Shown: positions 10,098-20,468 of the stretch, piece after piece
Layout of the letters: each line of letters starts with the position of its first letter
Position numbering within the stretch: the first letter of the stretch is position 1
Assembly (NCBI GenBank): GCA_041576165.1
Contig: JBFGLM010000003.1
Span: 1-64,000, forward strand
Source: Acidimicrobiia bacterium
GTDB lineage: Bacteria > Actinomycetota > Acidimicrobiia > Spongiisociales > Spongiisociaceae
Length of the DNA stretch: 64,000 nucleotides
Reading direction: 5' to 3'
Program-made: the position numbers and the translations under genes
The notes under the pieces: model-generated
Seen by the model: the letters and a program-made list of their open reading frames with translations, nothing else
Databases searched by the model: none
What the model was told of the DNA's origin: nothing

Positions 10098-12191
10098 GTG
10101 GAAAACTTGTCCGACATCGACCAGATTGGGCACATGGTTCTGAACGACAAATACATAAACCGCGAGCTGTCGTGGTTGGAGTTCGATCGGCGGGTGCTGG
10201 CGCTGGCGCAGAGCGAAAAAACCCCGCTGCTCGACCGAACGAAGTTCGTCGCGATCGTCAACGACAACCTCGACGAGTTCTTCATGGTTCGGGTCGCCGG
10301 ACTCAAGGAGCAGTTGGCTGCGGGCGTACTCACCTCGCCGGACGGGCTGACCCCTACCGAGCAGCTGGTGGAGATCCGCCGGGTAGTCGACCAGCTGTAT
10401 GACGAACAGACTCGGTTGTGGCGCAAAGAGCTCAGTCCGGCTCTCGAGGACGCCGGCATCCGGATCGTTCTCTGGAAGCACCTGGACGAGGCGGATCGTG
10501 ACCACCTGTACGGCGTGTTCCGCGAGCGATTGTTCCCGGTGCTGACACCGCTGGCGGTAGATCCCGCCCACCCGTTCCCATACATCTCCAACCTCTCGCT
10601 GAACCTGGCAGTCATGGTTCGCGATCCGGAGACCGAGCAGAACAAGTTTGCGCGCATAAAGGTCCCTCCAATCCTCCCGCGGTTTGTCGCCCTGCCCGAC
10701 GGAGAGCGGTTCGTCCCGCTCGAACAGGTGATGGCCGCCAACCTCGAGGAGCTGTTCCCGGGCATGACCATCGTTGAACACCATCCGTTCCGGGTCACCC
10801 GCAATGCCGACTTCGAGGTCGAGGAGGAGGAGGCGGGTGACCTTTTGGAGATGATCCAGTCCGAACTGGTCAATCGCCGGTTCGGTCGAGTGGTGCGGCT
10901 CGAGGTTGAGCGCAACATCGATGCCGATGTTCTCGACCTGCTGAAACGGGAGCTGGAGGTCGGCGACGACGAGGTGTACCGGGTGAAGGGCCTCCTGGGC
11001 CTCGGCGGATTGTGGGCCCTCCAGTCGGTTGAGCGGCCGGAACTCCGCTACCCGCCTTTCGTGCCCGTGCTGCCGCCCCGCCTCAGTGATCCAGAAAAGA
11101 GCATCTTCGAAACGATCACCGAAGGCGACGTCATCGTGCATCACCCCTACGACTCTTTCATGGCGTCGACCATGGAGTTCATCGATCAGGCGGCTGCCGA
11201 CCCCAACGTGCTGGCCATCAAGATGACGATGTACCGAACGTCGAGTGAGAGCCCGATCGCCCGAGCCCTGATCAAGGCTGCCCAGTCGGGCAAGCAGGTG
11301 CTGGCGCTCATCGAGCTGAAGGCGCGTTTCGATGAGGAACGCAACATCGAATGGGCCACCACTCTGGAAGAAGCGGGCGTGCATCTGGTCTACGGCTTCA
11401 TCGGGTGGAAGACACACGCCAAGACGGCACTCGTGGTCCGCGACGAAGGGGACCGGATCGTCCGATACGTCCACATCGGCACGGGGAACTACAACGATCG
11501 AACGGCGACGCTCTACGAGGATGTCAGCATGCTCACCCGGGATGAAGAGCTGGGTCTCGATGTCGGCGATCTCTTCAACTTCCTGACCGGGTACAGCCGC
11601 CAGAAGTCCTATCGCAAACTGGTGGTGGCGCCGGTGGAGCTGCGGGATCGGATGACCGAGCTCATCCGGCGAGAGAGTGAGCACTCCGACGGCCACATCG
11701 TCATGAAGATGAATGCCCTGGTTGATCAAGGAATCATCGAAGCACTGTACGACGCGTCCCGGGCGGGAACTCGGATCGACCTCATGGTGCGGGGCATCTG
11801 CTGCCTCCGTCCCGGCGTTGCGGACATGTCCGACAACATCACGGTTCGCTCGATCCTGGGCCGCTACCTGGAGCACTCGCGCATCTACCGGTTCGGCCGC
11901 CCGGAACGTGGATTCGAGTACTACATCGGTTCGGCCGACATGATGCCCCGCAACCTCAACCGGCGAGTGGAAGCAGTGGCACCGGTGGAAGATCCGCGCT
12001 TGCAAGAACGGCTCGAGGAGATCCTCGATCTCTGCCGGGCCGACGACCACCTGGCGTGGGAGCTGCTACCCGACGGTACGTGGTCGCGGCGTGGACTCAA
12101 GAACGACGTGGACGTGCACGAAAGCCTCCAGAAGCTGGCTCTTGAGCGGGCAAAGGCAGAACAACCGGCCGGGCCACTCGGCGTATGGTGA
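10098..12191 (+). CDS. ppk1: Polyphosphate kinase 1
   Basis: NRELSWLEF, NLDEFFMVRV, HHPYDSF, ELKARFDEE, KTHAK, LEHSRI, SADMMPRN. Confidence 0.97.
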   Translation: MENLSDIDQIGHMVLNDKYINRELSWLEFDRRVLALAQSEKTPLLDRTKFVAIVNDNLDEFFMVRVAGLKEQLAAGVLTSPDGLTPTEQLVEIRRVVDQLYDEQTRLWRKELSPALEDAGIRIVLWKHLDEADRDHLYGVFRERLFPVLTPLAVDPAHPFPYISNLSLNLAVMVRDPETEQNKFARIKVPPILPRFVALPDGERFVPLEQVMAANLEELFPGMTIVEHHPFRVTRNADFEVEEEEAGDLLEMIQSELVNRRFGRVVRLEVERNIDADVLDLLKRELEVGDDEVYRVKGLLGLGGLWALQSVERPELRYPPFVPVLPPRLSDPEKSIFETITEGDVIVHHPYDSFMASTMEFIDQAAADPNVLAIKMTMYRTSSESPIARALIKAAQSGKQVLALIELKARFDEERNIEWATTLEEAGVHLVYGFIGWKTHAKTALVVRDEGDRIVRYVHIGTGNYNDRTATLYEDVSMLTRDEELGLDVGDLFNFLTGYSRQKSYRKLVVAPVELRDRMTELIRRESEHSDGHIVMKMNALVDQGIIEALYDASRAGTRIDLMVRGICCLRPGVADMSDNITVRSILGRYLEHSRIYRFGRPERGFEYYIGSADMMPRNLNRRVEAVAPVEDPRLQERLEEILDLCRADDHLAWELLPDGTWSRRGLKNDVDVHESLQKLALERAKAEQPAGPLGVW

Positions 12192-12195
12192 ACGC

Positions 12196-12702
12196 ATGGT
12201 GAATTCAGTGAGCCGACTGCTGCTGATGCGCCACGCGAAGTCAGATCGGGCGAATTGGGTCGGACCAGACCACGAGCGGCCTCTCAACGACCGAGGTGTT
12301 CGTTCGGCTCAAGCGGTCGGCCGCCATCTGGCCGCCGGCGGCATGGTGCCGGACCGGATCATCTCCTCGACCGCAGTCAGGGCCCGAACAACGGCCGATC
12401 TCGTGGTGACGAGCGCCGGCTGGGACTTGTCGCTCGAGCTCGATGAGCGCCTGTACGGCGCGGGACCCATGGAGCTCATAGGCGTGATTCGCGAGGTGGA
12501 CGACGGTGTCGACAGCCTCCTGGTCGTGGGTCACGAGCCGACCTGGTCGATGGCTGCCTCCGGTCTCACCGGAGGACAGTACGTCGAGATGCCTACTGCA
12601 GCGGTTGCAGTCATCGAATTCGATGCGGCATGGCCGTCGGTTGGATGGAACCGCGGCCGGCTGGTTGATCACGTCCTGGCTCGGAGCCTCCTCGACGCCT
12701 GA
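12196..12702 (+). CDS. sixA: SixA-like histidine phosphatase
   Basis: LLLMRHAKS, DHERPL, SSTAVRA, LVVGHEP, MPTA. Confidence 0.82.
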   Translation: MVNSVSRLLLMRHAKSDRANWVGPDHERPLNDRGVRSAQAVGRHLAAGGMVPDRIISSTAVRARTTADLVVTSAGWDLSLELDERLYGAGPMELIGVIREVDDGVDSLLVVGHEPTWSMAASGLTGGQYVEMPTAAVAVIEFDAAWPSVGWNRGRLVDHVLARSLLDA

Positions 12703-12800
12703 CCACTTCATACGTGGATCAACTGAGTCATTCGCCGGGTTCCGAATGCGGTGTGCAACCTGGAAACGAGTACCCTGCGAAATGACAGTCCTTCGACGAA

Positions 12801-14651
12801 TTGGCGACACCCGTGTCCGACCCCGCCACCCCGCATCTCGATGCGATTCACCAGCCCAGCGACCTGCGACTTCTCGACTACGAACAGCTCGCAGTACTTG
12901 CGGAAGAGATACGCACCCGGGTCATCACAGCGGTCGAACGCAACGGCGGACACCTCGGATCGAATCTGGGAATCGTAGAACTGACGCTGGCGGTCCACCG
13001 CGTGTTCGAATCGCCCAGGGACGTGATTTTGTGGGACACCGGCCATCAGGCCTACGTGCACAAGCTGCTGACAGGACGATCTCCCAACTTTGATCAGCTG
13101 CGGAAACCTGGCGGGCTCTCCGGTTACCCCTCCCGGGAAGAATCGGCGCACGACTGGATCGAGAACAGCCATGCCTCGACGGCGCTCAGCTACGCCCATG
13201 GGCTGGCGACCGCATTCGAGGAGCGGGGCGAGGACCGGCGCGTTGTGGCGGTGGTCGGGGATGGGTCGCTCACCGGCGGTATGGCCTTCGAAGGGCTCAA
13301 CAACCTGGGACACAGTGGCCGCACCGTCACGATCGTCCTGAACGACAATGGGCGCAGCTATGCGCCCACGGTCTCCAAGCTGACCGAGAGCCTGGTCCGC
13401 ATCCGTAACAACCCCGTCTACATGCGCCGCCAGGAGCGCCTCGAACGACTCGCTGAGCGGCTGCCGTGGCTGGGAGACATGGCCAAACGGTCGATCGACG
13501 CCACCAAGGCCGCCATCCGCACGATGTGGGAGCCGCCCGCGTTCTTCGAGGACCTGGGCGTCCGCTACATCGGTCCCTTCGACGGCCACGATGTCGAAGA
13601 GCTGGAAGCGGTCCTGCGCAATGTCCAGGAGTTCACGGGCCCGACTGTGGTCCACGTGCTGACCCAGAAGGGACGCGGGTACGGGCCTGCCGAGAACGAT
13701 CCGATCAAGAACCTGCACGACCTGTCGATGATGAAGCCCGGCAGCTACACCCAGGCATTCTCGGAGGCGATCGTCAAGGTCGCGGATGAGCATCCCGACG
13801 TGGTGGCAGTCACTGCAGCCATGCCCGACTCGACCGGCCTACTCCCGTTCCGGGAGCGTTTCCCGGATCGGTGCTACGACGTCGGCATCGCCGAGCAACA
13901 CGCGGTCACGATGGCGACCGGCCTGGCGATGGGCGGCCTGCGCCCCATCGTGGCGGTGTACGCAACCTTCCTCAGCCGAGCGTTCGATCAGGTGAATCTG
14001 GATACGGGTCTGCACCGCCAGCCGGTGGTCTTCTGCCTCGATCGCGCCGGTATCACCGGCGACGACGGGCCGTCCCATCACGGCATCCTCGACATGGTGC
14101 TGCTGTCAAAGGTGCCGGGCATCACCATGTTTGCACCCTCGTCCTATCAGGAGCTGCAGGTGATGCTGGCCGATGCGATCGGGATCACCCATGGCCCTGT
14201 GTCGATCCGATGGTCGAAGACGGCGGCGCCCTCCGTGACGGAGAGCGAGGTCGGTTCCGGCCTCCAGGCTCGCAAGGTCCGGGATGGTTCGAGCGTATGC
14301 ATCATCGGCATCGGGAAGATGCTGTCGGTGGCAACCGAGGTTGCTGGTCTGCTCGAGGCGGATGGGATCTCGGCGACAGTCTGGGATCCGCGGGTGGTCC
14401 GGCCGCTCGATCCGGTGATGATTGCCGATGCTTCCCGCCACGACCTCGTCGTGACGATCGAGGACGGTCTACGAGAAGGCGGGATCGGAATGTCGATCCG
14501 CGACGACGTCGAGGCCCACGGGACCGGGACAAAGGTCGAGGTGCTGGGCGTACCCACCACGTACATCCCCCACGGCAAGCCCGACGAGATTCTCGCCTCG
14601 CTCGGGCTGAATGCTGCCGGCGTGGCAAACACCATCCGCCGCGCTCGCTGA
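12801..14651 (+). CDS. dxs: 1-deoxy-D-xylulose-5-phosphate synthase
   Basis: GGHLGSNLG, WDTGHQAYVHK, GDGSLTGGMAFEGLNN, DVGIAEQHA, DGPSHHG. Start may be GTG 12813. Confidence 0.95.
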   Translation: MATPVSDPATPHLDAIHQPSDLRLLDYEQLAVLAEEIRTRVITAVERNGGHLGSNLGIVELTLAVHRVFESPRDVILWDTGHQAYVHKLLTGRSPNFDQLRKPGGLSGYPSREESAHDWIENSHASTALSYAHGLATAFEERGEDRRVVAVVGDGSLTGGMAFEGLNNLGHSGRTVTIVLNDNGRSYAPTVSKLTESLVRIRNNPVYMRRQERLERLAERLPWLGDMAKRSIDATKAAIRTMWEPPAFFEDLGVRYIGPFDGHDVEELEAVLRNVQEFTGPTVVHVLTQKGRGYGPAENDPIKNLHDLSMMKPGSYTQAFSEAIVKVADEHPDVVAVTAAMPDSTGLLPFRERFPDRCYDVGIAEQHAVTMATGLAMGGLRPIVAVYATFLSRAFDQVNLDTGLHRQPVVFCLDRAGITGDDGPSHHGILDMVLLSKVPGITMFAPSSYQELQVMLADAIGITHGPVSIRWSKTAAPSVTESEVGSGLQARKVRDGSSVCIIGIGKMLSVATEVAGLLEADGISATVWDPRVVRPLDPVMIADASRHDLVVTIEDGLREGGIGMSIRDDVEAHGTGTKVEVLGVPTTYIPHGKPDEILASLGLNAAGVANTIRRAR

Positions 14652-14750
14652 GCGCGGCCGCCGACCCGAATCCCGTACTTCGACGCCTTCATCGCAATCG
14701 TTTCCGAAACGCCAAGGGCGATTTTCGCGCTCTTTTCGATCCGCTGTCAG

Positions 14751-14780
14751 TTGAAAGAATCGCGAATCAAGGTCTACCGT
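14751..14780 (+). promoter_or_regulatory. Putative sigma70-type promoter of the amino-acid ABC operon
   Basis: TTGAAA-18 nt-TACCGT upstream of GAGGAG RBS and ATG 14835. Confidence 0.45.
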
Positions 14781-14834
14781 ACGGCGCGACTTCGGCGAGG
14801 ACTCTCGTCGAGTGCTTGAGAGGAGAACAGTCCG

Positions 14835-15962
14835 ATGAAAAAAATTCTAGGGCTTTTGCTAGTCCTGGCGATGGTCGCCGTCGCTTGCGGTGGGGACGAG
14901 GCCGATACGCCGGAAACGACCGAGGCGCCGGCTGAAGAAGGCGGTGGCGAGGAAGAGACCGCTGCGCAGCAGCCTGCGGCCGGCGGCACGCTGGCCGAGG
15001 TCCAGGCCCGCGGCAGCTTGCGGTGCGGTGTTTCCACCTCCGCGGTCGGTTTTGCTGAGCCGCAGGATGACGGATCGTTTACGGGCTTCGACGCGGATTA
15101 TTGCCGTGCGGTGGCCGCGGCGATCTTTGGTGACGCCAACGCAGTCGAGTTCGTGGGAACGACCGCCGCCGAGCGTTTTACCGCGCTGGCGAACGGCGAG
15201 GTCGACGTGCTTTTCCGGAACACAACGTGGACCCAGAGCCGTGACACCGAGATCGGTGGCGACTTCGGCCCGACGACGTTCTACGACGGACAGCAGGTCA
15301 TGGGTAAAGCTGAGTTTGGCTTTGGTGATGACTCGACCCTGGCCGACATCGACGGCGCCCGCTTGTGCACCAACGCCGGTACGACGACCGAGAAGAACAT
15401 CACCGAGGGTGCGGCTGTGGTCGGCGCCACGATCGAGCTGGTGACGGTGGAGGAATTCCCCCAAGCCATGGAGCTCTTCCGTGAGGGCTCCTGCGACATC
15501 GTGACGACGGACGGTTCCGGCCTGTTCGGTGAGCGTTTCTCGGCCATCCAGAACGGCGAGATCGCTGAGGGTGACTGGATCATCTTCCCGGCCTCCCCGA
15601 TCTCCAAGGAGCCGCTCGGACCGATGTACCGCCAGAACGACAGCCAGTGGGCAGACGTGATCAACTGGACCGTCTACGCGACCTTCATCGCAGACGAAAA
15701 AGGCATCACCCAGGACAACGTCGACGCGGCGATCTCGAGCCCGCCGGACCCTGAGGCCGGCCGTTTGCTGGGCGTCGGAGACGACGAGCTCCAGACCAAG
15801 ATGGGTCTGTCGGCGGATGCGTTCGCCAATGTGATCAGCCAGGTCGGCAACTACAACGACATCTACGTGCGCAGCCTGGAGCCGCTCGGTTTCGACCGCA
15901 CCGGTACTCCGAATGCGCAGTGGACGCAGGGCGGACTGATCTACGCCCCGCCGGCTCGGTAA
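14835..15962 (+). CDS. aapJ: General L-amino-acid ABC transporter substrate-binding lipoprotein (AapJ/BztA-like)
   Basis: Lipobox AVAC; GFDADYCRAVAAAIFGD, RNTTWT, FYDGQ, ISKEPLGP, VGNY, GGLIYAPP. Confidence 0.88.
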   Translation: MKKILGLLLVLAMVAVACGGDEADTPETTEAPAEEGGGEEETAAQQPAAGGTLAEVQARGSLRCGVSTSAVGFAEPQDDGSFTGFDADYCRAVAAAIFGDANAVEFVGTTAAERFTALANGEVDVLFRNTTWTQSRDTEIGGDFGPTTFYDGQQVMGKAEFGFGDDSTLADIDGARLCTNAGTTTEKNITEGAAVVGATIELVTVEEFPQAMELFREGSCDIVTTDGSGLFGERFSAIQNGEIAEGDWIIFPASPISKEPLGPMYRQNDSQWADVINWTVYATFIADEKGITQDNVDAAISSPPDPEAGRLLGVGDDELQTKMGLSADAFANVISQVGNYNDIYVRSLEPLGFDRTGTPNAQWTQGGLIYAPPAR

Positions 15963-15991
15963 CGGGAACCAACAAAACAATGTGAGAAAGT

Positions 15992-16024
15992 CGCAAGGGG
16001 GCGCCGACATGGCGCCCCCTTGCG
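15992..16024 (+). terminator. Intercistronic 14-bp stem-loop after the binding-protein gene
   Basis: CGCAAGGGGGCGCC-gacat-GGCGCCCCCTTGCG; partial terminator or mRNA stabiliser. Confidence 0.6.
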
Positions 16025-16147
16025 CGACTACGATCAATGCAGGTGAGCCAGGCATCCGGCATGCCGTGGACAGGAGACGGCGACCGTCTCCGCCGGCGGT
16101 AGGAGGGACCGGGTGCCGGGGCACCTCCCGGAGGAGAGGCGGACAAC

Positions 16148-17710
16148 TTGGCAGCACCGGTCGCGGACCGTCCGGCATCGTCCGAGCAGGCGAAACCGCC
16201 GTTCTGGCGAAACATCACGATCGTCAAATGGGCCGCGCAACTCGGGTTCCTTGCCTTTTTCTTGTGGTTGGCGTGGCTGCTGATCACCCAGGCCACCTCC
16301 AACCTGGCGGCCCGGGGCATCCCGTTCTCCTGGGATTTCCTAGGCGAGCCGCTCGGGGTTCAGCTCGGTGAGGGATTCAACACCAGTCCCGCGTCTGGGC
16401 TGGAAGCGCTGGCGGTGGGGATGGTCAACATGCTGCGCATCACTGTCAGCGGCATTCTTGCGGCAACCCTCCTCGGCACGATCATCGGCATATCTCGGTT
16501 GTCGAGCAACTGGATTGTCAGCAAGGTCGCCAACGCATTCATTGAGTTCTTCCGCAACATCCCCCTGCTGGTGCAGATCTACTTCTGGCTGGCGATCGTC
16601 CTTGCCCTGCCCCAGTTGGCTGTCGAAGACGAAGGGACCGGCTTCATCCTCGCCAGCTCCAAAGGGATCGCCCTGCCCTGGTTCACCCCGCAAGCCGGCC
16701 GCTGGCAGTACACGGCCCTGGTGGTGCTCGGGTTGTTCGTGACGATCTGGGTGTATCGCTGGCGGGTCAGCATCCTCGAGCGAGAAGGTCGCGAAACACA
16801 TTCGATGGCCTGGGCCCTGACCACTTTCGCGACGTTCCTGATCGCCGGATGGGTGCTCCATCCCATAATGGGTGTGTTGGGTTGGGTTTTTGCCGCGATG
16901 GCCTGGCTGTTCGGAAACATCCCGGTGATCGTCTTCCAACTCATCATGGCGGCGCTCGCCGCGTATCTGGCCTGGAGGTTCATTCAGGGGTACCTGAACG
17001 AGCGCCGGACGCCGGCCGGGCTCGCCAAGCTGACCGATGACGACTACTTCCGCCTGATCCTGGCCGGGCTGCTCGGTCTGGCGGGCGTGCTCTTCTTCCT
17101 GACCGGCCCCGGTGAGGCGACGATTGCCCGGCTGCTGGGCCGGTCGCTGACGTTCCGCATGAACTGGGGACTCGAGCCGACCTTTGATTTCCTGGCCTCC
17201 CGATTCGATTTCTCCGGCGGCATGCCCCTTCGCTTCACACTGCCGGAAGTCGTCGTGCCGACTCGCTTTCCGCAATATTCGGCAAGCGTCGGCCGAGCAT
17301 TGACGCCGGCCTACGTGGCGGTGTGGGTCGGTGTAACGCTCTACACCGCGGCCTTCATCGGCGAGATCGTCCGGGCCGGGATCATGGCAGTGCCAAAGGG
17401 TCAGAACGAGGCGGCGGCGGCGGTGGGCCTGCGCCACGGACAGCTGTTGCGCCTGGTAGTGCTGCCGCAGGCCTTCCGGATCATCCTCCCGCCGCTGGGT
17501 TCTCAGTATCTGAATCTGGCAAAGAACACCTCCTTGGGGATTGCGGTGGCCTATGCCGACATCGTGCAGGTGGGTCAGACCATCTACAACCAGGAGGGCC
17601 AGACCTTGGCAGTGTTCCTGATCTGGATGGCGTTCTACTCGTTCGTCAGTCTGGTGATTTCGGCGATAGTGAACTACTACAACCGCAAGATGCAGCTGGT
17701 GGAGCGTTGA
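16148..17710 (+). CDS. aapQ: Amino-acid ABC permease (AapQ/BztB-like)
   Basis: ISRLSSNW, FRNIPLLVQ, YTAAFIGEIVRAG, EAA loop, SQYLNLAKNTSL. Confidence 0.85.
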   Translation: MAAPVADRPASSEQAKPPFWRNITIVKWAAQLGFLAFFLWLAWLLITQATSNLAARGIPFSWDFLGEPLGVQLGEGFNTSPASGLEALAVGMVNMLRITVSGILAATLLGTIIGISRLSSNWIVSKVANAFIEFFRNIPLLVQIYFWLAIVLALPQLAVEDEGTGFILASSKGIALPWFTPQAGRWQYTALVVLGLFVTIWVYRWRVSILEREGRETHSMAWALTTFATFLIAGWVLHPIMGVLGWVFAAMAWLFGNIPVIVFQLIMAALAAYLAWRFIQGYLNERRTPAGLAKLTDDDYFRLILAGLLGLAGVLFFLTGPGEATIARLLGRSLTFRMNWGLEPTFDFLASRFDFSGGMPLRFTLPEVVVPTRFPQYSASVGRALTPAYVAVWVGVTLYTAAFIGEIVRAGIMAVPKGQNEAAAAVGLRHGQLLRLVVLPQAFRIILPPLGSQYLNLAKNTSLGIAVAYADIVQVGQTIYNQEGQTLAVFLIWMAFYSFVSLVISAIVNYYNRKMQLVER

Positions 17711-17711
17711 A

Positions 17712-19589
17712 ATGACCGACCAACAACGGCCCGATCCCGTCGTCGAAGGCAGGGTGCGCGAGGTACCCGCTGTCGCAGAGCGGCCGCCCGAGCCGCCCCC
17801 GTCCGGTCCGCTGCTGTGGATGCGGGAGAACCTGTTCGCCGGAGACCGGCCGATCGTCATTCTCTTCAACGCACTGCTGACGATCGTGTTCACGCTGATC
17901 ACGTTGGTTGGCCTGCGAGGTCTCACCGGGTTCCTGTCCAGCCCCGAGCGGCGATGGGGGGCAGTCACGGCCAACATGAAACTGCTGATGGTCCAAGCGT
18001 TCCCTCAGAACGACCTCGGGCGCATATGGCTCTCCCTGGGTATCTTCTTCGTTCTCACCGCCTGGTCGCTCGGCGCTTGGGGCGTGGGCGGCCGCATCAC
18101 CATCGAGAAAGTGGCGAAAGGTCTGCGAGCCGCCGGGCTGTTCGTGTTGCTGCTGGTGATCATCCATCCGGCCAACCCGCCAAGCGGCATCCGAATCCTG
18201 GTCGGCGTCGTAGCGATCGTGGCCGCGCTCGTGGGCCACGGCGCCCTGCGCTTTTTCGGGCCCCGAGCCAAGGAGACCACCATCCCCTTCCTCAGCCTGC
18301 TGGTTGCGGCGATGGCGGCCATCCTGGTCATCATCTGGACGGTCGAACTGCCGTTCCCAACCGGTGCGTTTGAGGATGCGGACGCACCGATCGCCCGCAC
18401 CACCACCGTCCCATGGACGATTCTCTTTGCGGTCACCGTCGCCGCATACTTCCTCGCTCCTGTCCTCGCGAGGGTGCTGGGCGAAGAGCGTTTCCGCCGG
18501 TTGCTCGTCATCGCGTGGATTGCCTCCTACCCGGTGATCATCATGGTCATCCAGCGCAACCCGATTCTCGATTGGGCGGACATACTCGGCTTCGGCGAAA
18601 CCCCCTTCCTCGAGTCGGACCTCGGCACGCTGCTGCTATTCGCAATCATCGGTGGCGCCCTTGTGTGGTGGCTGGCATCCCCTGGCGTCGGCGAGGCCGC
18701 CCGGATCGTCGGGTCCGTCAGTGCGATCGTGGCCTTGGCCGTTTGGTTCTTCCCGATGCCGTTCGTGTATCGCCTGCTCATCATGGCTTTTGCGCTTGTG
18801 GCGGTAGCCGCTCCGACATTCGGCGGCACCGATGTCGGCAGGAAGCGCATGACGTCGGCGTGGCTGGTCACCGTTGCGCTCGTGATCGTTACGTTCCGCC
18901 TCGGCGAGGCTGAGACCGCGCTCAGTTTCCAGGGCACGACCTTCCTGGGCGGGTTCAACCTGACGATATTGCTGGCCCTCACTGGCGTGGTGCTGTCGTT
19001 CCCCCTCGGGGTGGTGCTGGCCCTGGCCCGTACCTCGACCATGCCGATCTTCCGGCTCCTGGCGACCGGCTACATCGAATTGGTTCGCAGTGTGCCGCTG
19101 ATCACGTGGCTGTTCTTCGGGTCGGTGATGCTGGCGCTGTTCTTGCCGGGCGGCGTGGAGTTCGACGAAATCGTACGGGTGGTCGGCGCCGTCACGATTT
19201 TCTCAGCAGCCTATGTGGCCGAAAACGTCCGGGGCGGACTGCAGTCCATCCCCAAGGGCCAGTACGAGGCCTCGCGAGCGATGGGGCTGAGCACGGTCCA
19301 GTCGACCACTTTGATCGTTCTGCCCCAGGCGATCCGGGCCGTGATCCCGGCGCTGGTTGGATCTATCATCGTGTCGTTCAAGGACACATCCCTCGTGGCC
19401 ATCATCGGCCTCGCAGACATCCTCTGGATCGCCCGCACGGCCGTCCCCGCGCAGACGAACCCGTTCAACTTTCTCGGCACGCAGCCCCAGATGCTGTTCT
19501 TCATCGCCATCTTCTATTGGGTCTTCACCTTCACGTTCTCCCGCATGAGCCTGCGCTACGAGAAGCGGATCGGGTTGGGCGAGCGATGA
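17712..19589 (+). CDS. aapM: Amino-acid ABC permease (AapM/BztC-like), extended TM region
   Basis: WMRENLF, YIELVRSVPLITWLF, SAAYVAENVRGGLQSIPKGQYEA, FKDTSLV. Confidence 0.85.
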   Translation: MTDQQRPDPVVEGRVREVPAVAERPPEPPPSGPLLWMRENLFAGDRPIVILFNALLTIVFTLITLVGLRGLTGFLSSPERRWGAVTANMKLLMVQAFPQNDLGRIWLSLGIFFVLTAWSLGAWGVGGRITIEKVAKGLRAAGLFVLLLVIIHPANPPSGIRILVGVVAIVAALVGHGALRFFGPRAKETTIPFLSLLVAAMAAILVIIWTVELPFPTGAFEDADAPIARTTTVPWTILFAVTVAAYFLAPVLARVLGEERFRRLLVIAWIASYPVIIMVIQRNPILDWADILGFGETPFLESDLGTLLLFAIIGGALVWWLASPGVGEAARIVGSVSAIVALAVWFFPMPFVYRLLIMAFALVAVAAPTFGGTDVGRKRMTSAWLVTVALVIVTFRLGEAETALSFQGTTFLGGFNLTILLALTGVVLSFPLGVVLALARTSTMPIFRLLATGYIELVRSVPLITWLFFGSVMLALFLPGGVEFDEIVRVVGAVTIFSAAYVAENVRGGLQSIPKGQYEASRAMGLSTVQSTTLIVLPQAIRAVIPALVGSIIVSFKDTSLVAIIGLADILWIARTAVPAQTNPFNFLGTQPQMLFFIAIFYWVFTFTFSRMSLRYEKRIGLGER

Positions 19590-19629
19590 TTACTTCGACA
19601 GGAGCGGCCGCCAGATCGGGAGTTGAGAC

Positions 19630-20385
19630 ATGACGGACACCAAGAGCAGCAACGGCCAGCCGGCCATCGTCTGCGAAGACGTGAAGAAATGGTTTGGCGA
19701 CTTTCAAGCGTTGACCGGGGTCACGACCACGATCGGTCAGGGCGAAGTGGTCGTGGTGATTGGGCCATCCGGCTCGGGCAAGTCCACTTTCATCCGTTGT
19801 ATCAACCGGCTCGAGCACCATCAGGAAGGCCGGATCGTCGTGGACGGGATCGAACTCACGAACGATTTGCGCAACATCGACGCCATCCGGCGCGAGGTCG
19901 GCATGGTGTTCCAGAGCTTCAACCTGTTCCCGCATCTGACGGTCCTGCAGAACGTCACCCTTGCTCCGATTTGGGTGAGAAAGCAGACCCGGACCGAATC
20001 CGAGTCGCAGGCCATGGCGCTGCTGGAACGGGTCGGCATCCCCGAACAAGCCGAGAAGTATCCGGGGCAGCTGTCGGGCGGCCAGCAGCAGCGCGTGGCG
20101 ATCGCCCGATCGCTGGCGATGAATCCCAAGATCATGCTGTTCGACGAGCCCACATCGGCGCTCGACCCAGAGATGATCAAGGAAGTGCTCGACGTGATGA
20201 AAGAACTCGCTCGCTCCGGAATGACCATGATCGTGGTGACTCACGAGATGGGCTTCGCCAAGGAGGTGGCCGATCGGGTGCTCTTCTTCGATTTCGGCAA
20301 CATCGTCGAAGAAGGGACGCCGGAGCACTTCTTCACGTCACCCGAACACGACAGAACGAAACTGTTCTTGAGTCAGATCTTGTAG
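19630..20385 (+). CDS. aapP: Amino-acid ABC ATP-binding protein (AapP/BztD/GlnQ-like)
   Basis: [39 protein letters not shown]. Confidence 0.92.
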   Translation: MTDTKSSNGQPAIVCEDVKKWFGDFQALTGVTTTIGQGEVVVVIGPSGSGKSTFIRCINRLEHHQEGRIVVDGIELTNDLRNIDAIRREVGMVFQSFNLFPHLTVLQNVTLAPIWVRKQTRTESESQAMALLERVGIPEQAEKYPGQLSGGQQQRVAIARSLAMNPKIMLFDEPTSALDPEMIKEVLDVMKELARSGMTMIVVTHEMGFAKEVADRVLFFDFGNIVEEGTPEHFFTSPEHDRTKLFLSQIL

Positions 20386-20468
20386 AGGGCCGGTGCCGGG
20401 CTCGAGGTCGCCGGCGCAGATCGATCTGATTGGCGCCGGGCGGGCCGGTGCGGACCAGTGCTCGCGAC

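Noticed and set aside
10056-12050. Long antisense ORFs (also 28849-30996, 45724-47451, 16340-17977, 31670-33286)
   Set aside because: Shadow frames of well-supported genes in GC-rich DNA.
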